Assembly: GCA_004764695.1 (NCBI GenBank)
Contig: SMSO01000037.1
Coordinates: 4,192,747 to 4,256,746, forward strand
Reading direction: 5' to 3'
Length of the DNA: 64,000 nt
Source: Schizochytrium sp. TIO01
Taxonomy: Eukaryota > Protista > Bigyra: Labyrinthulomycetes
The position numbers and the translations under genes are program-made. Shown here one piece after another: positions 1 through 13,610 of the stretch; positions within the stretch are counted from its first letter, which is position 1; each line of letters starts with the position of its first letter. Below the pieces are notes generated by a model. It made no database searches, had not been told where the DNA came from, and was given only the letters and a program-made list of their open reading frames with translations.

Positions 1-24
1 AATTTCCAGGCCCCTTTTGGCCTC

Positions 25-60
25 TTTCGTTTCGTTTCGTTTCGTTTCGCTTCGCTTCGC
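25..60. repeat. (TTTCG)n/(TTCGC)n pentanucleotide microsatellite
   Basis: Direct reading of tandem units. Confidence 0.85.
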
Positions 61-252
61 TCCGTTTGGTTTGTTTCACCTATTCACAGCGTCGCGTGGA
101 AACTCCTCTGTGCCTGCCAATTGATCGAGAAGACCTCAGGCATGCATGCTCAGTGCGTAGCAGCCAACTTCTGGTCTCTGGTCTCTTTCTCTTTCCATGT
201 GGTTGCTTGCTTGCTCGTGGAGGCAGAGATTCGGCCCATCGTGATCGAGTGC

Positions 253-259
253 CAATCAG

Positions 260-324
<65 letters not shown>
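253..324. repeat. (TCAA)n microsatellite
   Basis: About 16 perfect tandem units; source of the SINQ-repeat spurious ORFs. Confidence 0.95.
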
Positions 325-325
<1 letters not shown>

Positions 326-539
326 CTGTCTTCCTACCCAATAGTACCGCGCCTCCTTTGAGTTTTGTCTGTCCGTGATTCTCCTATCACTGACAGGCGA
401 TAGTTCGTTTCTCAAAAGAAGATATCCAAGTTGTTGAAACTTTGGGTTGAGAAAAGCAGCTATCGAAGTATGTGCACGCCATTCCATCTTCACGATGATG
501 CTATGCCGTATCCACCGAGCCTGGGCGAGCCATTCCATA

Positions 540-582
540 ATTGATTGATTGATTGATTGATTGATCGATCGATCGATTGATT
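540..582. repeat. (TTGA)n/(TCGA)n microsatellite, reverse complement of the 253-324 array
   Basis: Direct reading. Confidence 0.85.
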
Positions 583-909
583 GTGGAGGTAGGTTTGTGA
601 TGTGCACCACTTCGAGGCCTCTTTGAGAGGAAAGACGCAGAGAAAGACTCTCGACCCGCAGTGATAGAGGGATATGGGGCGCGGCACAGGAAGAACTGGG
701 TTCAGGTCGGTTTCCTCGACTCCACAAGATTTGGTTTGATGGGTTTGGACGTCCAAGTCTTGTAACTTCAAAAGCCACCGTCGCTGATCGAGACAGGCAC
801 CACTCACTCTGAGTGTGTTGAGCTCATGAGTTCAATTCTTACAGCAACCCGGGTGAAGGCTCTCACTCATGAGAAGGTACCTACAGGGCAGTTGGTCAGT
901 TGGCCTGAG

Positions 910-912
<3 letters not shown>

Positions 913-949
<37 letters not shown>
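913..949. repeat. (AT)n microsatellite
   Basis: Direct reading. Confidence 0.95.
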
Positions 950-952
<3 letters not shown>

Positions 953-3900
953 TATGGCGCCATCTCGCGAGCTTCGTTTCGTGCTCCCTATTTTGATGTA
1001 GCAAGCACGTTTATCTTCGAAAACGCAACGGGTGCTGCGGATGGCGCGGGTCTCGCCAGTTCCTTTAGCTGTATGCAGCACTTGCTTGGAGAACATCGAA
1101 ATGACACGTCAGAACCACCGAATGCAAGCAAGCATTGCAATGGTGTCTACCGTAGTGCCTACTTTTGTTGGTTCTCTGGATGGTTGGTGGATTTGTAAAT
1201 CTCTAACTTGTTAGCTGACGAAGTGAGTGAGCGAATGGATATGAATAAATGAATAAATGCATTATGTTGCAACGGCACGAAAAACGGTGCTTTCTCTCTC
1301 GAGTTATGACTTAGACGAGGATTTGAAGAGGATATGGTCATGCAATGAATGGCGTGTTTTCTTCGCTTGATCTCTGCAAACTGCAAAGCTCAAAACTAAT
1401 CACACGTTGCCTCTATCTTCAGAATCCAAGTCCGTCGTGGCCTTTGTGAGTGTTAGTTCACCTTCGAACACTGGCGCCACTAAAAGTGCTAGGAAGAACA
1501 GCGATGGCTCTTACCGAGTTCACTGGACAGGGAGGGACTGCAGAGAAAGAAGACGCCAAAGTAGCAGTGAAGCTGGCCTCTGAAGACTTTCTATGCAATG
1601 AAACTAAGCTGCTACACACCCTACACAGACAGGTGGAAAACAGCAAAAGACCAAACGGCCGCAGGCTGAAGGCATTGCATCGATGTTGAGATGCCTAAAT
1701 TGAGCATGTTTGGGGCTTTATCCTTTTTTGTTCTTTATTTGTTTTTTAATTTAATTTGTTTTAATTTTAATATAAATAAGAATAATAAGAGCAAGCAAGC
1801 AAACAAACATTTTAAAATAAAAAACAATAAAAAACAAAAAGAAATCTAGATCATCATATGATACCTGGTCATTTAATGTGCAGACCTGAAGCCACACGAA
1901 TAGCAGAGAAACCAAAAGGAGCGAGTAGTGGGCTCAGGGCCCTAGGCAAAGTACTTTCGCTCTGCATAGACATGTTGGGCTAGCTATTGGTTTCTTATTC
2001 TAGAGACCGTCATGGGAAGAAGGTCGTGCTCCTCTACAAGAAACAACCTTCCTGCCTTTCATTTTCCTTTCAATCAACGTATATTTGCTTCGAAAAACAC
2101 TAATACTAGCTCTTAAATTCTCAATTTGATTAATTTCCAGTTTATTATTTTATTTTAATTAATTAAGTTACATGCTTGCTTATAGTAATAATAATAATAA
2201 TAATAAACTAACAATGGTCATAGCCATCATAGCTGTACAAGTTCTTAAGTTCTTCGGTTCGGCACGCTCCAAAGCTACAATCGATGTCACGCTCAGCCAC
2301 GCAGACCAGATCACAGATCAACTCAGCAGCGCCTTCGTCAAACCCACTGACCGACTCGTGGCTGCCGCGCCTCGAAGAACGCAATCTCCGCGGGGTCTCA
2401 AACTCTTTGGGTCAACTAACTACGTGGCGATGGTGTGGGCAACCAAAATTGCAATCACATCTGGCGTCGCGATGCCCATCATGAAACGTATCGGAACCAA
2501 TTGTCTGCAGTTCACGGACCCTAAAATCGATCAGCGGGACCTAAGAATGCAGAACTCGCGTCGCGGAGAACCGAGGAACCATGGTCCTTTGAGGACCAGA
2601 GGCGGCGGCGTCTTCGCTCCTCGCACCTTACTCGATGGGGGCACGCGAAGCCACGATGGCAACGCTGCGTCTGACTCCAGTGGAGGTCCCGGTTCGTTCG
2701 AGGTCAGCCACTGATCGCTCCGCGAGGAGAAGTACCAATACGAAGCAAAGGCAGGAGTAGGTAGGTAGGCACCAAGGCCAAATAACAGATAGATGCATAG
2801 ATGGATACATAGATGGATAGCTGAAAGCACCATCTCCGCATCATTCGACCTTTCCAGCTTTCGAAGAGACATCGATGAACCTATAATAGACAGACACACA
2901 GAGTTAGTAGTACCAGATATCAAACTAACTTTCAAGGTCATTGCTTTGTGTTGTTGCAAAACCTTTTTTTCTTTTTCTTTTGTAGCTTTTTTTAGCTTTA
3001 AAGGAAAAAAATGTTTTGTTGTTTTTTTGTTGTTTTGTTGTTTCCTGAATGAATAGGAGGAGGTACGTACCTAGGAGCCTAACTAACACTAGTGATAGTG
3101 AAAAGCCAGGGAGCCAAGGACTTCTGGAAGCTCTTGCACCAGGGGAAGCAAAACAGGCTTTTCCGCACTCTATTTGTTTTCAACTCTCCCCTCTCAGGTT
3201 TACCAACTGTGGCAGTGAAGGTTCCCGATGTACACTCATCTTGCCTTATAGTATTCTTAAATACACCCTTCATTTGTAACAACTACAAGGACACAATTGT
3301 AGCTTGCTTACGCTTCGACACCCCACAGCTCATAAACATTCTCAACTTTGCAAAGTCTCCTCACAGAAACTGCTCTAATTGTGATTATCAAAACATCCCT
3401 CAGGGCCCCCCTCTGCTCGTTCGTCAATCTGCATTTTCCAACTTTTCCTTTTTTTCGTTCTACACACGGACTGGCGATGACACTGGGCCTTACCATACGC
3501 ACCGTTGCCATGAGCAGCAGAAGATAAAGAGTGTTTCCTCGATCGGCCGTGATCGCAGTTCGCGCCCTCTCAGCTCTGCAAGTTCTTCGCAGCAGCACCT
3601 TTTAGTTTTCCAGTTTTCGCTCTGCTTCGCCAGCTCTTTCATCCCCTCCTCCTCTCAAACCTTGGAAGAGGAAAAAACCATTTCTGCTTTGCTTATTTCC
3701 CCCTTCTTTAAAACCAGAATAAAAATAACAAGCAGGCAACAAAAGTTCCATTGAAAAGTAATGAATTGAAATAAATACATACATATGTAAAATAATATCC
3801 TGAAAGTCCCAATCAGAGGCTGTTTATCTTGTAAACTTAAGGTAACTCGGCACATCGAAGGCCTTGAAGCTCGAGCTCTTGGCCTCGGCAAAGAAAGCTG

Positions 3901-4081
3901 CGCCCGTGTTGGCGGCTCAGCTGCATTGGCCTCCGCCCTTCGGCCGCACGGGAAAGCGAGACAGCCCCGTGGAAGCGGCACGGAGGTGGCACGAAAGTGG
4001 GAACAGCAGCCGCGAATTGGGCGTCGAGGAACGCTCTACGAAGAACTCACAATCACTTTCCTGTCGATTGATTGACTTATG

Positions 4082-4211
4082 TGAATGAATGAATGATGAA
4101 TGAATGAATGAATGAATGAATGAATGAATGAATGAATGAATGAATGAATGAATGAATGAATGAAACAAATGAATGAAACAAATGAATGAAATAAACAAAT
4201 GAATGAATGAA
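4082..4211. repeat. (GAAT)n microsatellite, degenerate at the 3' end
   Basis: Direct reading. Confidence 0.95.
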
Positions 4212-5007
4212 TGTATGAAAGGAGGTTTCATAGGAAACACTATGGACGATGGATGCTGCTCTGCACGTGGCGCGCGCGAAGTGCAGTTGGCAATATGAAG
4301 CGAAACTCGCTCGAAGGATGGGCAAACAAAGACCCAAACCCTTGAGCGCGAGCGGAGGTCCACGGAGCCGCCTCCAGCCCGATAAGGAGCGCCAGCACAG
4401 CAGTGCCTGCCTGCGTGCGTGAGATCGATGGAGGGATAGATTTATTATCGATGGGTGGACGGATGAATGGATGAGTGGATGGATGGGTGGACGGATGTGA
4501 CCCTATTGTGGGCCTCAAGTTAAATAACCTGAACCTCTTTCTTCCTCTCCTCCTTCAGCTTAAAATTAATTGGAGACCTCGTTTCGCTCGTTCCTCTGTT
4601 CCTTTGTTCTCTCTCTTTCTCTCTGTTCATCTCTCTCTCTCTCTGTCTTCAGGTCGTATCGTAGGTAGAAAGAAAGAGAGAGCCAAATGGGTTTCAAGTA
4701 AAGGAAAGAACTTCGACGCTTTCCCTGGAAGGCACATGGGATCCTGATGAGGACGAGGAGGAGGAGAAGGAGAACTCGTCGAGGCTTTTGCTTTGCTTGG
4801 GAACGGACTCTCTCTCCGTCGAACCTGGAGCACGCACATTCCAAGCTGCTTCCTCGTAGCCCATGTCTTCGCGGTACGTGCCTCCAGAAGCGGCATGGTG
4901 ATACGTGCGTCCAAACTGCTTTAGCTTTGGCGATCGCAAAGCGAGACGTCTCCGCGAGTGTGTGTGTGCGCGCTCTGGGGACTAACCTCGAGGACCTGAG
5001 GGTTCCA

Positions 5008-5031
5008 CTCTCTCTCTCTCTCTCTCTCTCT
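5008..5031. repeat. (CT)n microsatellite
   Basis: Direct reading. Confidence 0.9.
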
Positions 5032-5277
5032 GGGCTGTAAGCACCGCAGAACTCGGCGCTGTAGCCAAACGAAGAACTTCTGTTGGCAATTCCACACGCG
5101 ATCGACAAAGCGTCGTGGTCGCCCGAGCGGGGAGTGCGGGAGCGAGTGAGGCGAGCGAGTGAATTGGCACGAGACGAGAGAGTTCTCATCGTCCGCAGTT
5201 CGAGCTTGGCGCGGTTCTTCGCTTTTCTGTAGGCGGTCTCTAAGTCACGATTCTGCGACGGCCCAACAGCTGAGGAG

Positions 5278-5358
5278 GTAAGCAAGTTAACAAGTAAGCA
5301 AGTAAGCAAGTAAGCAAGCTAACAAGTAAGCAAGTAAGCAAGCTAACAAGTAAGCAAG
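5278..5358. repeat. (GTAAGCAA)n 8-bp tandem repeat with GCTAACAA/GTTAACAA variants
   Basis: About 10 tandem units read directly. Confidence 0.9.
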
Positions 5359-8300
5359 CGAGTGGGAGCAGTGCTGGGACGAGACTCCGCTGGATCTGCA
5401 GAATCCATTACTGGGCCTCCATCGAAGAAGCAGAAGCACGGATTTTACGAGGGAGTCGGGCAGAGGCTTAGAAGAAATGCAAAGCAAGCTTTTGCTTGCG
5501 TTTAAACGAAATGCTTATTTGTGGGGCCGACCTAGGTAGGCAGGCTAGCAATAGGTAGGCAGGGAGGCAGGGAGGTAGATGATCATTGATTGAGTCGTAC
5601 CAAAATCTGTACAAAAAGTAAAGTTTTTCTTACGAGTACGACCGGCCCTTCAAAACATACTTCTTTCAGGAAAGCTTAGGTGCTCCTTTGAAGTACTAAT
5701 ATACTAAATATAAAACATAGAAAAGAATTCGTGTTCAAAAGCGAAACCGCATCTTTCCTATATTCTTCAGCTGCTGAAAATTGAAGTCATTATTTCCAAC
5801 TTGAAGATAGAGAATGCCAAAACTTAAGACCAGAATACTCTTTTGAAGGCAGGGTTTACGTTCAACCTAGGAAGTTAGTTGGAGTGGGCGGGAAGATAAG
5901 CAGCTTTGAATTGAGCTTCACTAAGCCTAAGCCACCTTTCAAACGTTCCTTCTTCCCACTCACTTTCGTCGTCAAAACAACTTTAAAGGGATTAACCTCT
6001 GCGAGACTTCAACATAACAATGTGGTATGCCATGAAATAAAAAAACGAAAGCTTTATAAACTTGGCTGACCGAGACTTTAAAGGAAACCGTTGACAAATG
6101 AGATTATGCACCTGACTGAGCTTGACAGGTATATGTGCCAGTAGAGGAGAAGGCGTGAGCCATATGCTCTAGTTTGAGATATTTAGGAAGAATGAAGGCT
6201 GATAGGAGTAACTCTGACCAGCCCGAGTGCTGTATAAGCGTGGCATGTGCGTTTCATGATTTGCTTTGATAAACAGGCAGTCGAAATTCCATTGGCTGGT
6301 TAGAATGAATGCGTTGTGCTATCTTTCTTCCATCCTCATACGCGAAGTTATTGCGACATAAAATTACAGGAAACGGCGACTTCGCGAAGATCTTACGTTC
6401 AAGATGGTCATCAAATTATGAGTCAATCTGCAACTTATTGCATGGGTTCTTAGTTGCTACGTACATGAGCATGTTTATACCATTCGACCAAGTACACTTT
6501 TGCAGGTCAGACATCTGTCAAATCAAATGTAGAATGCCAGAAATCTAAAACACGTCAGTCATTTCCTGGCAAACAGATGCAGTCTGGATTTGATTTCTAG
6601 CAGATTTGATAGAACAGAGTTGTTTGATCTTCTCGGGAAATCGTGCTTGACCTAACTAAATTCGCCAGTAAGATTTTTCGAAAAGTACAACCATTTAGTA
6701 TGATCACTTCTTCTTCTTCTTCTTCTTTTCTGTTTCTTGAGTTCTTTTGTATTGCCCTTGAAGTAGTAAATATCACCACCTGTCTGCCAATAAACTCTCA
6801 AAATGTAAAAGACGTTCTGGCCAATTTTTTATTTTTTTTATTTTTGCATTCTCCTTTTTTATTTCTACTTTAAAAAAAAAATAAAAAAAAAATATATATA
6901 TAAGTTTAAACACTTGAAGTTTAAAAAAAAATAAAAAAATAAGTTACTAGGAAGAAAACGATGACTGTATAGATGGTGCAAAAAGTGCATGGGAATGCTT
7001 TTTCAATAAAGCGAAAAATATTTCATATTCTGTTTATGATTTAAGTTACAAACATGTGCAATTTACAGCAGCGCAGTGGTACCTAAGAACGCTAAATGTT
7101 GAATCACTGCTCGCCCATATATTTGTATGCTCAGTGGACCCTTCAGAATTACAGTATTCTTCAGTGGAAATATTTTTTGTCTTGTCCGTTTTGTTTTGTT
7201 TTGTTTTGCACTTATACATTTTAAAATATTTTGTTTAATAGTGCTAATTTTTAATTTTATTTTAAATGCTCGTTCTTTTTTTTTCTTTTTTCTTTTTTTG
7301 AAGCCTTCCGCAATCGTGCAATTCCGCATGAAAATGGTGTTAAAGTCTTGCAAGCCATGTGCGAGCGCGTTTGCGAGGAAATCAATCGTAAACCTATATC
7401 TCTTTGCTATGTCAAACGAATTATTTTAGAATGGAATCAATTTCTTACAAAGAACTTATGTTTCCCTATAATGCATCAATTAGAAATGCCTTCTTGTTGA
7501 ACGATTAAATGTCACATGGAAATCCGGTTTTATATTTCTATCTACAGCGCCTTACTCCCATAGATTTAATCATATCAAAACTCAATCAAGACAGTTTTCC
7601 TGATATTAGTTTGAGACGCAAAATAGTAAATACCGAATGAGACAGCACATCACAACCTTCATCAATCCTGGTTCGCATACAGCCGCAAATCTTAGACCAA
7701 AAAGACGTTGGGAAGATCTGCATAATTTAACGGGTGAGATATGCGCCAAATTCCAACTTCGCACACCACAAAACTATCTACGTACAAACATATTTTTTAC
7801 AGTAATATATAAGGTACGTTCTTAACCAAGAATGCAAGATCGCCAACGGTGTAAGAGCAGCTTTTTGTTTTGTTTTTTGTTTTCGATTTTTTGGGAACAA
7901 AAGAAACAGACTCGTTTTTCTTATACTGTAAAAGTACAAGCCGAATATTCAACACTTGTATACAAGATTTATCAATTTAGAATCTTTCTCGGTAATGTTT
8001 TAAACAGCGACCACATTTTAGTTTTTTAATTCCTGGGGAGAAATATAATTACATAAACACTTTTATTGGTTTAAAACATCGAACTCAAAAGCGTTTTCAA
8101 GCTTCTAACATTCGACTATGAGCAAAGCATCTTCATAGGTTATTTTAATTAGACTTTGGTATTTTATCACACCCAGCTCAGCAAATGCTACCTGTGCAGT
8201 CAAATTTGGCGTTTAAAGTATCTAAACTCAACTATCTGATTTGGACACGAATTGAGGAAAGCTCATGCTTATGGTGGAACGAGCAATGCACTTTTACCAA

Positions 8301-11300
8301 CCTTTATACTTTCTCCGTAGTTCGATAAAGCAAGTATTAGTATCTACTTTGGCTAGCCATGATTTTTGTTTAACACAGATTGCTCGCCTTTCTTTTCAAT
8401 TACACGCAACCCCGCACTACACGAGAGATAACATAACCACTTTATGAAAACGCCTTTGCATATTGATGCAAACATCGTTGTGAATTATAGCCCTAACATT
8501 TTTGACAGAATATTTAAGCTTCAATACGCAAGCAAGAATTAATGTCTCTCGCGTACGTTCAAGTATGCTACAAACCAGAAACCTTACAATCGTCGCTTTA
8601 ATAATATTACAACCACAGAAAGTTTGTTCATTGTTTTAGGAAAGAAAAAAGAAAAAGAAAAAATAACGCGGTCAAAATTCCGAAGGATATTATGCGACAC
8701 GGCCCATCTTAGCTCTACTATCAATCAGCATGAAGCTAATACAATGTTTGCTTTTTTGGTTACAAAAGCCTGGCAAAGAGCTAGCAGGTGGTGGTCATCT
8801 CTTCTAGCTGCTAGGTTGCAATTCGCCAGGATCTTGATTTCCCAGCAGAATTTGATCAATTCTGTCCGACCAGAACTAATTATATCGCACTATCATACAA
8901 CGCGCCCAAAAGCTTTAACTGTGGCTCGTCCAAATAAGAGCGCTTCCTTTCTTCCATTGTCGAGTAGATTAACAATCTAGCAGACTAACAGATAAGCCTC
9001 CAAGTTGAATCGCGCATTCTAGTCGAGCAGGGTAACATTTTTATATTTTATATCCTCAAATCTGCGGATCATATTCTCAGCCCCGCTAAACCTGATTGTG
9101 TAACCAGCGAATATTCTTGCCGTTTTTAATTTCATTAAGGAGCAGAACAAGAGTCAGGTACGATAAGGAACAACGAAAGAGGGAGTTCCAAATACCTAAT
9201 TATTTGGACAACTGGTAATTCCAATTTTTAGACATTCGAAATCATCTTACGGAAATTTGCTACATCCAGAGTCTATGCTGCTATACTTCAGCATTTAATA
9301 ATAAGAACGAGCCTGGTTTCGTGCGCTGTTGGGGTAGTGGTTGTTCACGGCCGTTGTAACTTGCTTGCCACCCCCTCAACCATGGCCTCAGAGACCAACT
9401 GTTGTTTCCATTTTCAACTGAAAAATCAGTGTACCAAGACACCACTTTGTGATGCGCCAGAACTGCTGAGTCCCCGAGAACAATTTTGAATGTTGTGGCG
9501 CGTACTCTCAAGACCTTTATCACCAATTGCACAGAAGAACCAGTGTTCAGTGCCTTGGTTCTGAGCGGAACTACATATAAAAAAGAGATAACATCGTTTG
9601 TTTGTATCCTATTAAAGCTGGAAGCGCGTCTGGTTTTTCGAATGAAACTATCTTGAAGTAGGCAAGCGTCTAGGGGCTGGCTGCCACTTGGGAGCAAGCA
9701 GCTTCAAATCATGACAAGGAGAAACAAAAGAAATCACGTGGAGCAACTTTCGCTCTTCTCAAATTCAGCGCTATTCGAAATGTTATGTGCTCATGATAAG
9801 CACCAATACTTGGAGAGTTTTAGTTTCTCGTCCATGATGGGTCAAATCAATAGTGCAAACAACAAACAAGAAGAATAACGTAGAGGCAATACGTAATCTA
9901 TTGACTTGGACTGCTCACATATGCATGATTTTATCATCTCAACTTCATCATCAAGTAGAGCAAAGAAAACCATCCTCCAACGCGTGTTTTTTTCACAGTG
10001 GCGATAGTTTCGTAGGATCCAAATACACTGCAGCGAATAGCACCGTAGTGCTTCTTGATGCCTAGCGCATAAGCGCATTTACTTCTGATATTTAGCTTTA
10101 TTATGGCTCGAAACGAGACAATATCAGGACAGCCCATGTACCCGTGCACTTATAGGGATCAAAGACGCCCTTTATCGCATTGAGTGTTACATATGAATCC
10201 ATATAAGCATGTCTTGCCCAAATCCTTTGCGTTCTCTCATTTTGATTAAAACTTCTCCAACTTCTTCGATCACAAATCAGCATCAAAACAAGAACAGGGC
10301 TACTACTGCCATTGGTCACATACGTTATCCTCATTGAGCAATAAAATTTTTGGCAATGCAGACAAGCAAGTAAGCTCACGAGTTTAGTGAAGGATCCATA
10401 CGCCGTATGTCTGATTGTTCATGAACCGGAATACATCGAGACTAAAATATTGGTCAATGGATGTTAAAGAACTGAGCAAACCTTTGCATTATTCGTTGTA
10501 AATCCAACAAAAATTCCAAGCATAATTGTGTGTAGACTGCCATTTCAATGATAGAATATTTCAAGAATTCCAAAACTCATTTGCTGTCGCCTTTTGAGAA
10601 ATTACACGAGTTCTGTCATACATTAATTTGATTGAGGCTCGAACTCTATTTGTTTAAACGCAGAATGGCTGTTGCCTTTCCATTCTTGATCTCAAGGAAC
10701 TTCCCAAAAACAGCTTAGCGAATTGCCTAGAACACAACATTTATTGGCATGGACGGCTGTTCAAATTGTCGCAATTTGATTCATTTATTGGTCAAGAAAC
10801 TCTAACCACAATTTCCTTAGTGCACAGAAAGGTTTTCTTGTTGCTTGATTTATCATTGCGTCTGGATGCACGGAACAGGGGCCTCATCCTTACGAACTGA
10901 TCAAATTTGCAGAAGAGCCGAGCGGGCTAGCAGTACAATAAGATTAATATACTTGAATATTCTTACATTCGAGACATTCATAGTCAGCATAGCAACATCG
11001 GTTCGCTTGCCACGACCATTCTCGGCACACCAATAAATTTCGATTTCTATTGACAAGGATTTTTACAAGTGTATCACGGTAATCGTCTTGCCTCAAGGGA
11101 GCGTGATCTTGTAGCCAATCCCGTGAATTGGCCGAGTAATTTGTCAGCACTATCAACCAGATACTCAGAAGCAGGGCAGACGACATGTTTGTTTGAACAT
11201 TCCTATTGAGCCCTAATTGCTGCATTGCCTATCCTTAAACAGATTGATCCATCCTAAGTAAAGAAACTGCTACGGTGCCATTAGATTCGACACAAGTCCT

Positions 11301-12635
11301 TTGTTACGACGATCACAGCAACGACATAAAGAGGAGAATTTTATCTAATTTTAGAAACATTGCACGGAAGATGTAGAGTATTTTCTGGGTTCTATATTTT
11401 GAGGTGCCTTTCAAAATGGGATACATATATACACAAATGCCTAAGGTCTCTTGCATTCAATAATTAACAATCTCCACATGAAACACTGATGTCTCTACCG
11501 AAGCTAAACAAATGTTGCCTATGACCAAAATGGCGGTTGCTATTCTGGATGATGATATGTTTTCCTCAAGACGTTGTTTAGGTCTGTTCAGCAAATCATA
11601 CCCCCGTGAATTTCTTGTAATCCTCTTCTATATTTCATAGAGCAATAGTATTCGGACGAAGTTTTGCTGAAGATTTTTGAAGCGCAAGACGCGCATCAGT
11701 TAGTGCCAGTACTACCACTACTACTATTACTACTCGGTTTCGTATAACTCAGCAGAACCCCAGATTTGCATTGTGCGATAGTCGTTGTAGAAACTACCAT
11801 AACAACTGAGCCGGCACCTACTAAGATAGTAATCGACTACCTCATACGTACTGCCACTACTACTACCTCTATACGTATTTCGGGGCTTACTCCGCAATGC
11901 TAAGGGTAGTCCTATCTTATCAGATAGGATTAATGACAGCACCACCTACCTAGTCCCGACCTAGGTATCTACTAATGCCGCTAATACTAACTAATGCGAC
12001 ATGGAGCAGCAGAACATGAGCAGGAGCGCTGTCCTAGTGGCCTCATATCCTTTCGAATAGAAGTCATGGACCGCGCTACGTCTTAGTAGAAGCAGTATCC
12101 GCTAGGCCTACCTACTCGCTTCACTAGGCACTTGGCGCAACCTCCCTAACATGTGCCTACTATCTCAGCTAGGAGTTGTAGTGCGGACTTTGCCCTTTAG
12201 AAAGAAACACTATCACCCAAAGAAAACGGAACAAGTGAAATTACATAGCATAGCCATGCGCACTACATACAGTGCATACGTGCCTTTTCTTCTGCTTCTT
12301 CATCTTGTTTGTCGCCGCAATCCACTGGCCTCCCTTCGATCGTCGTCAATCGTCTTCAAGCAGCGGGGCTGCATCTTTTGGGCGGGTCTGCAAGCTGCGA
12401 AAGGCAAGAAAGCCAATGAAGGCGAGCTAATTCGTTGATTCATCCTCGCTCGGACCTTTTCCCATTGGCATGGCAGTAGTAAGGAAAGAAGGCACAGAGA
12501 GAAATGAGAGGGAGGACTATGTTAGCGGGTAAGAGAAGGCTAGCTAGATAGACGCAATCATGATGATAAGAAACGAAAGAAATAGAAAGAAGTATAGCAG
12601 TAATTTCGCACATTGCACCCATAGTATCGGCAAAA

Positions 12636-12698
12636 GCAAAGCAAAGCAAAGCAAAGCGAAGCGAAGCAAAGCGAAGAAAGCGAAAGGAAAGCGAAGCA
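12636..12698. repeat. (GCAAA)n/(GCGAA)n pentanucleotide microsatellite
   Basis: Direct reading. Confidence 0.85.
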
Positions 12699-13328
12699 AC
12701 GAGAAGTCAACTGGCAATGAATAAGAGGCATGAAATACATCAGAGGCAATGCATTCGATACTAGCTAGGTACCTAGTAGAGACAGATTACATTCTGCATA
12801 CACAACTACTACTATTATTACTATTGCAGTGCGTTGCAACACATTACGTGGTATTCATTCCTTGATACGTTCATAACTTTCGTCCCTTGGTGATCGCAAT
12901 GATAGAACATTGATCGTATCACTGATGTTCATTCATATCATAGCATGGAGTGACTGAGCGAAAAGTACGCAAGAACAGCAATCAATCGACACGAAGTTCT
13001 TCAAGAGTAACAGCTGCTGCAACTGTGAAGATATGCGCCCAGAGAAAAGGCTTTTTCCCTTTCTGCGGTTCCCTCCAAGCTGTTCGTTGTTTGTTTACTT
13101 ATGTGGTGTCTGTTTACTAATTGAGGCAGTAGGTAGCAAGCAGTATAGTTTGCTCGATGAATCCATCAGTCAATCAACTGTGTTGTTTGGCGTCTGACCT
13201 ATCCATATCCACTGTCTGTATGCGCCTATTGCTATGCATTTCTTGAAAGTTATTTATTGTTCATTATTATGAACAAGTATCAAGGAGAGAAATAGGAAGA
13301 GTGCTGCTACGTCCTCTCTTTCACGATC

Positions 13329-13610
13329 TGCGGCGCAACACTTACCCTGTACCCTCTATCTCCCAAGAGATCCTGCGCATTGGCGAAGGATAAGGGGGGT
13401 ATGGAGGGTGTAATTTGCGAGCTGCCGGCCTGCGACGGATTTCTCCTTTCGGATAAACTCAGGGACTGCTGCGTCCTATCATTTAGCAGTGCGGACTCGC
13501 GGGCCGGAGTTTACCCGAGAACTTTTAGAACTTAATATACCCCCCGCGCAGACGCAATGCCTTCCTTGATGCTGTGGCGATAGGGTGTACTAGGGGAAAT
13601 GCGGCGCAAC
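13329..13610. other. Self-complementary ~270-bp element flanked by 11-bp direct repeats (MITE-like insertion or structured ncRNA; unassigned)
   Basis: TGCGGCGCAAC at 13329-13339 and 13600-13610. Imperfect terminal inverted repeat 13342-13360/13579-13598. Internal stems 13377-13385/13553-13560, 13394-13403/13536-13545, 13425-13435/13497-13507, 13447-13460/13507-13520 and 13465-13471/13484-13490. Confidence 0.6.

Noticed and set aside
66-5487. ORFs with SINQ, YI, FIHS, RE or LLAY repeats, and the 180-247-aa ORFs at 2172, 3092 and 4566
   Set aside because: Microsatellite translations or motif-less ORFs; no support for coding function
13329-13610. Assignment of the structured element to telomerase RNA, RNase P/MRP, SRP RNA, group I intron, or hammerhead/hairpin/HDV ribozyme
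   Set aside because: No telomere template, no complete CR-I/CR-V pair, no SRP helix-8 motif, no P7/S element and no CUGANGA core; only partial resemblances
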